Positions 58,151 through 64,000 of a stretch of 64,000 nt of DNA are shown in pieces. The notes beneath the pieces were generated by a model. The model ran no database searches and was not told where the DNA came from. It was given only the letters and a program-made list of their open reading frames with translations. The stretch is from Salisapilia sapeloensis CBS 127946 (lineage: Eukaryota; Protista; Oomycota). The position numbers and the translations under genes were made by a program. Numbering within the stretch: the stretch's first letter is position 1; every line of letters starts with the position of its first letter. Where the stretch lies: assembly GCA_023334545.1 (NCBI GenBank), contig JAADVB010000067.1, forward strand, positions 13,690 through 77,689. Reading direction: 5' to 3'.

Positions 58151-59307
58151 TGAGTAGATGTGTCAGCACTGAGGCCAGCAGCAGCAATGATAGCGACGGA
58201 AAGAGCAGTAACAGTGATGGAGATGCTAGCTTTATATTTTGCGATACTTTTTGAAGAAGTTAACTCTGTAATTTAGATCTATACTATTGAAATGTATTTT
58301 CCTTTAGCCATTCCTTCAGCATCATAGAGCAATAATGGTTCTAATGAATCTTCATGTATATGCTGAAACATGCCGAGAAAGTATAAAAGTGCCTTCCAAT
58401 CATACTGACAAGCATCATGTGCTGCTCTATCTTGTGCTAGGTATGCGGATCATGAAGTTACTTCTTAAAATCCAACCTGGTTCCAACATTTCATGGTCGG
58501 AATTAGCCTGCCTCTTCTTCGAAAGAAACCTGGGCTCGAAAACCACACATTGTGCACTCTGGGATGTGTACCAAAGCGGGAACTTAACGATAAACATTCG
58601 AAACACTTATACCGTTCTAAAATTGCCATTGACTCGAGGAGCAGCTTCCATATCTCTGGACAGTCTTCACGATCCCATGTGTCCGCTATCCTTGCTCACT
58701 TGTCCGACGAAACAACAGTGGTATCGCTACAATCCACTTGGTTCACAGAAATTAAGATCAGAATATCTAAGTTAGGCTTTCACTCGTTACGTGAGGTTCC
58801 TGCCCTTCACTAGCAGGCTTTTCTCCACCGCTATTAGCGCTTAAATTAGGTAGATAATGATGTAATGTTATAGACTGAGGTTTTAACCAAAAAAAAGAAA
58901 CAATCGTACTGATAGAACTTCGTGTTACAATCTAAACGACGACTTCACGTTTGGTTAGTGAGCGATGTCTTCTTATCACCTTTAGCTCTTCATCCTCTTA
59001 GTAATCCTACATCCTCTCTTGAGACTCGCATCACGTTTGTAAATATACGTTGTACTAGATAGTGTTGATTAATAAAAAATTTTGCTCAGACGTCCCAATT
59101 ATTTTCACCTTTCGACTTTCAATTGCTTGATAAATCCCATGACAGAGGCCATACAGTCGAGTAACTTGCATTTTGATCGTCGTTGAAGCTACGGAAACTT
59201 GGAAGAGGATTTCATATCTCACTTCAACACAACTTCAAGAAAAGCGTACATGTAGCTGTTTGTCTAATTTGTAGCTATTCTCAACCAAACAGCACTTGAG
59301 AAGCGTA

Positions 59308-61368
59308 ATGTTCGTACGTACTCCCTTCACCTGCGCGAGTGTGGTGACTCAAAGCAAACAGCTCCAGTTTCCATCTCTAAGCGACGACGTAGCTGAATTC
59401 ATCACGGCCTTCCTTGATCCATCTCCGAGTATACGTATTTTGAGAGCGAGTACATATGAGTCGATTCACCTTCTCCAGCGATGGTGCACACTCGTCGAGT
59501 GCTCTGTTCCTCGCATCGAATGGCTCAATGCAGTGGCAAATGCAGCTGAAGATGGTCGCTCAGAAGTGGTTGCTACTCTACATTCCTTTCGTCCAGAATG
59601 GTACTTTTCAATACGAGCGCTCGAAATCGCTGCCGCCCACGGGCATCTGGATTTAGCTAAATGGATGTATGCCAACCGACCATATGCATCATTCACCTAC
59701 ACATGCATGAACAAAGCAGCTAAAGGAGGCCATCTACAAACAATCCAATGGCTTCATTTACTTGGAGACGATATCGGCGGAGGCGCCACACACGATGCAA
59801 TGGACAATGCTTGCACCGGAGGGCATTTAGAGTTAGTCCAATGGCTTCACCAAAATCGAAGTGAAGGATGCACAACGTCTGCTATGGATGGAGCAGCAAC
59901 GAACGGTCATATGGATGTATTGGAGTGGCTAGAAGAAAACCGAAAGGAAGGATTTACGATTGAGGCGATGATAGGAGCGGCTTTGAATGGCCACATCCAC
60001 ATCCTCGAATGGTTATCCACTCGCAAGACCAAAAGAGGGCCTAAAACGTCGACTCGTATGCTCGAACTGGCCGCTCGGAACGGTCATATAGAAACGATCA
60101 AATGGCTATTAGCTCATCGAGAAGAAAAGCTCGTAAAGACAAAGGCGATTGAAGAGGCAGCTTCGAGAGACCAGTTGGAAACCGTCCAATTCCTGTATGA
60201 GCGAGTCTCAGCGTATAAGCAGAAGCAAGTGATCAAGGAATTGCTACGTAGAAGCGAATACAGGACGGGCGTGAATGTACTGCGTTGGCTGCTGCCCAAG
60301 ACTCCTTCTCAACACATTTCCGTCGGTCTTGGGCTCGATCAGTGTGCTTACGACGGTGATCTCGACTGCATTCGTGTGCTAAGTGAACACTATCCAAAGG
60401 TGTTAGAGCGAAACAAACGAGCGATGCTATCAATCGCAGCCAATCGTGGCCAAATGCATGTCGTAGCACATCTCGTTGGCGTATTACAGGACGATGTAGA
60501 AGCGTACGATCGGTTGGAAATGGTAAAGGGACTCCATGCTTTACATCCAGATGCGAATACAGATCATGTTAGAGATGCAGCGATACGGGATGCGGATATC
60601 GAAACACTTTCTTTTCTTTTGGAGACAAGGAAAGCGGATGCAATTTCCTGTGCTCGAGAAGCTGCCGTATATGGTCATTTAGAAATGATCCAGTTTCTTT
60701 TAAAGACTGAAACTATCTCTTCGACAAAAGTGATCATGGATGTGGCAGCAGCCTATGGACACATGAATGTCGTCAAGTGGCTACATGAGAATCGGGATGA
60801 TGGATGCACCGAAGATGCTTTAGACGACGCTTGCCACCATGGCCACTTACCAGTGGTCAAGTGGTTGCATGCTAATCGAAGTGAAGGGTGCACGCAAGAG
60901 GCCATGGATGGCGCAGCTGGCAGCGGAAATCTCGATATTGTCAAGTTTCTCCACGAGAACCGGTCTGAAGGGTGCACCATCGAAGCGATGAAGCAGGCGA
61001 GTATGTTCGGCTTTCTAGATGTCGTCCAGTGGCTGCATGAAAATCGATCGGAGGGATGCGACCACCAGGCGATGGATTTAGCCATCAGACTGGGACGCCT
61101 CGATGTCGTCAAGTTCCTTAACGAGAATCGGACGGAAGGATGCTCAGAGAGTGCAATTGATCTTGCGGCCTTAAATGGCCATTTGAATATTCTAGTCTAT
61201 CTCCATCGCAACCGACCGGAGAGATATTCGGCGAGTACGATTCAGACGAGTGAAAGGGCACATCGGGATGCAGTGACTCGATGGCTCAAGAAACACAACC
61301 CAGACTTTTCCAAATGCCGGGAATGTAAGCGAGAGTTGAAGTCGAGTAAGAAGCGTCGTCGAGAATGA
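59308..61368 (+). CDS. Ankyrin-like repeat protein with 28-aa repeat units, about 686 aa
   Basis: Repeats MDxAAxxGHLxVVxWLHENRSEGCTxxA: a run from 59800 and six consecutive units at 60736-61239. Basic C-terminus KSSKKRRRE. Confidence 0.88.
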   Translation: MFVRTPFTCASVVTQSKQLQFPSLSDDVAEFITAFLDPSPSIRILRASTYESIHLLQRWCTLVECSVPRIEWLNAVANAAEDGRSEVVATLHSFRPEWYFSIRALEIAAAHGHLDLAKWMYANRPYASFTYTCMNKAAKGGHLQTIQWLHLLGDDIGGGATHDAMDNACTGGHLELVQWLHQNRSEGCTTSAMDGAATNGHMDVLEWLEENRKEGFTIEAMIGAALNGHIHILEWLSTRKTKRGPKTSTRMLELAARNGHIETIKWLLAHREEKLVKTKAIEEAASRDQLETVQFLYERVSAYKQKQVIKELLRRSEYRTGVNVLRWLLPKTPSQHISVGLGLDQCAYDGDLDCIRVLSEHYPKVLERNKRAMLSIAANRGQMHVVAHLVGVLQDDVEAYDRLEMVKGLHALHPDANTDHVRDAAIRDADIETLSFLLETRKADAISCAREAAVYGHLEMIQFLLKTETISSTKVIMDVAAAYGHMNVVKWLHENRDDGCTEDALDDACHHGHLPVVKWLHANRSEGCTQEAMDGAAGSGNLDIVKFLHENRSEGCTIEAMKQASMFGFLDVVQWLHENRSEGCDHQAMDLAIRLGRLDVVKFLNENRTEGCSESAIDLAALNGHLNILVYLHRNRPERYSASTIQTSERAHRDAVTRWLKKHNPDFSKCRECKRELKSSKKRRRE

Positions 61369-63121
61369 ATCCGTGTACGGACGCTCGAGCCAAGATCTTA
61401 TTAGCTCTACATTCAAATGAAAATTTCTGTATTGTATCTTAATTCGTATAGATAAGTTTATTAACTACTTCCAAGTAGATTTTATACATCACGGATATGC
61501 AAATGCTTCGGTAACAACGAGTGTCTCCTCATGGGTGCATCATCCAAAAGCTTTAAATAAAAAGACAGATCTAATAACGAATATGACAATGGACACTCAA
61601 ACCAGCTCTCAAGCTTTTGGTATTGACGCTCATTTAGAGTTAACCAATATTCAAAAGTGGCGATCCAGTGACATCCGTCAGTGGTATCGGTATGGACCTA
61701 TAGGACATTTGGATGTCGACCACAAATCAGTGCTTCGTCCTATCCAGCACGATTAGCGTGTGATGGGTCAGACATGGAATATCATGACTCACTTGACGTC
61801 AATGTACGTCACTTTCGATTCAATTTGTCCTATCCTGAATGATTAAGATTCAACTCTGGAGTAGGCAGGAAAATGAAATTGATAGTGTATTGATGAGGCA
61901 AAGCTGGTTAAAACACCCAAAGATTGACCAGAGGAGATGAAACTCCTCTTTTTGGCATTTATAAAAGTAAAACAGAAAGCAACAACCTGCAATACTTGAG
62001 GGCTTGTGGAATCTTAAAACGACCGATCTCCACAATGATGGCGGACTGTGTCGAGACATAGCCCATCCCTCCTACCTATTCTCACTCACTTAACCAGAGC
62101 TTTAGTCTAGATAAGCAGCTACGAAATAGACCCTCGGTTTTATACCGAATCGAGCTACATCTCCTCCAGGTGCTGGATAGTAAAGTTCGCTGTCTGGCTA
62201 ATGGCAGATGGAACGCAATATACCACAAACTGATAATGCAGTCGTGCAATAACATATAAATTGTACTAGCGAGGAATCGACAATATGATGTCTGCTTTTA
62301 TCGAACATTGTTCTAGGCGCGGAACACGGATTTCACGTTGCCATTTAGTTTATATCAACACAGTTTGTGCTTTTGAACTTGCCTTTTTATAACGAATGCA
62401 CAATAAAATAAGCATTAATTTGATTTGGATGTGAGGTACATTGACGTCGACTAAGCTACAACGTCTAAAACGACAAAGTCAATATTAAAACATGCCCTTC
62501 TTCGACTTATGCTCAAGACACTGAAGTGTATACAAAAAGTAAATCTAAGTTATATGACGCTTTTCTAGCTTTAAAATCTGAACCGAGTCCGACCTCTAGC
62601 ACCCTTTCGACCTTCACGCTACTTCAACTTAAAACGTTCTTGAACCTTTTGAGATCGGACCGATACTCGAGAATACAAATGAGGATTTTTATTCTAGCAA
62701 TGAGTACTGTCTATAGGTCTCCATGGATTGTATTGATAGATTTATTAGGCAAATACGCGACAGGAGCTGTATTTAATGCGGCCATGGTAGGACAAGACGA
62801 ATGGTCTGGTAATTTCAAGGGAGGAATTCATGTCCCATTACATCGTATGCCAGGGCCATCATCATTTTATTAAATTAACGTACATGTTGGTTTCAGAGTA
62901 AAAGCAGGGGTAAGAACTCGGCGTTGAGCTTGCACCAACATCTTCTTTGGACTATAGAAATAGTCGAGCTTCGAGGTGAGCATTACGACTTCAACCAGAA
63001 GGTACTATGGGTTCTGACCACCATGCTCATCTCCTACCTACATCACATCTTTTATTTCATCTTTTATTCTTGCATTTGAAGTCAAGCTCCCATAACTGCT
63101 CTACTTCTTCGCGTCAGCAAT

Positions 63122-64000
63122 ATGCTCCGCATTACTTCTCGCTTTAAAATTTCCGCACGCACCTGTGGTAACCAACTTGGTGCTGCCTTATCTGTCCGTC
63201 ATTCGGTCTTAAATGTGATCGGTGATAAGAATGGGCACTCGATAGCGTATGGCTACCCAGGTTGCTACACGACGAAGCGTAGCTACGCCGTCAAGTCCCA
63301 ATTCTCGTACGATATTCCGAAAACGCAGCGTGCTGTAATATATGAAAAGAATAATGGACCTCTCCAAGTCCGTGATGATTGGCCGGTCGTGCAGCAAAAG
63401 GACCTCAAGCCAGGCGAAGTCCTCGTTCGCATTGCATACAGTGGTGTCTGCCATTCGGATTTTCATGTTTGGAAGGGCGAGTCGCATGTGCAAAGTAAAT
63501 TACCACTTGTTGGAGGCCATGAGGGATCTGGCTATGTGGCAGCTATTGGCGACAACACACAAACAACTTTGAAAATTGGAGATCCGGTCGGTATCAAGTG
63601 GATTGCCGACACCTGCCTAGGGTGTGAAGACTGTCGCAAAGGTCACGAGTCAACATGTGAGCATGCTGAAATGCATGGCTTGTCCGTCGACGGATCTTTC
63701 CAGCAGTGGGCTGTTTCGTACGCTGATCATTTGACTCCAATTCCAGAAGATTTGCCTTTGGATGCCGCCGCTCCGATCCTATGTGCTGGTCTGACCGCTT
63801 ATCGAGCGCTAAAAGAAGTGGAGGGCAATGCTGGCGACTACATTGTCATCCCAGGTGCCGGTGGAGGACTTGGCCACTTGGCGTGCCAGTACGCCAAGGC
63901 CATGGGCTACCACGTCATTGCTATCGACACGGGAGCCGACAAGAAGAAGCTGATCGAGTCGTACGGAATCAAGGACTTTATCGACTACAAGGAAGGCAAC
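63122..64000 (+). CDS. Zn-dependent alcohol dehydrogenase (MDR, yeast ADH1/3-like) with probable mitochondrial presequence; truncated by the window end
   Basis: Open frame from ATG 63122 to the end (absent from the ORF track because it has no stop). GVCHSD, GGHEGSG, structural-Zn CLGCEDCRKGHESTC, ILCAG, GAGGGLG. Arg/Ser-rich N-terminus MLRITSRFKISARTC. Confidence 0.92.
   Translation, partial: MLRITSRFKISARTCGNQLGAALSVRHSVLNVIGDKNGHSIAYGYPGCYTTKRSYAVKSQFSYDIPKTQRAVIYEKNNGPLQVRDDWPVVQQKDLKPGEVLVRIAYSGVCHSDFHVWKGESHVQSKLPLVGGHEGSGYVAAIGDNTQTTLKIGDPVGIKWIADTCLGCEDCRKGHESTCEHAEMHGLSVDGSFQQWAVSYADHLTPIPEDLPLDAAAPILCAGLTAYRALKEVEGNAGDYIVIPGAGGGLGHLACQYAKAMGYHVIAIDTGADKKKLIESYGIKDFIDYKEGN

Noticed and set aside
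61500-62900. Possible ricin-B lectin or other pseudogene fragments
   Set aside because: QxW-like words and a 115-aa ORF without consistent repeat spacing or an identifiable family.
1-64000. CRISPR arrays, rRNA, intact transposons, RxLR/CRN effectors, recoded stop codons
   Set aside because: None seen. All conserved genes translate cleanly in the standard code once introns are removed; in-frame stops occur only in decayed copies.

Overview
Eukaryotic genomic DNA, most likely from an oomycete. Support: short 54-85 nt GT-AG introns, two matches to the oomycete core promoter GCTCATTYBNNNWTTY, and gene families recalled from oomycete genomes. Species not determined. The supplied ORF track ignores introns and uses non-ATG starts, so gene models were rebuilt by hand and checked for frame and length. 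Three gene-dense blocks: (1) 2.6-13.9 kb: USP, Sfi1-like, MCM7, NAA30, TPR-Hsp70 fusion; (2) 25.4-36.5 kb: PDZ protein, UBL-PUB-STI1-UIM protein, EF-hand protein, Hsp60, HAT-repeat protein; (3) 47.2-52.1 kb: PDAT, MFS transporter, secreted LPMO-like protein. An inverted POT transporter pair lies at 17.0-21.1 kb. Gene-sparse stretches hold decayed LINE, copia and IS630/Tc1-like relics, a tRNA-Val(CAC), two bZIP paralogues, up to five copies of a basic/coiled-coil family in various states of decay, and a 28-aa ankyrin-like repeat protein. An alcohol dehydrogenase is cut by the window end. Best novelty candidates: a Hop-like TPR fused to an EEVD-less Hsp70, a UBL-PUB-STI1-UIM shuttle protein, and a His-brace LPMO-like protein with a predicted Phe axial residue and a 4-Cys C-terminal module. 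All family assignments are by motif recognition from memory; no searches were run.
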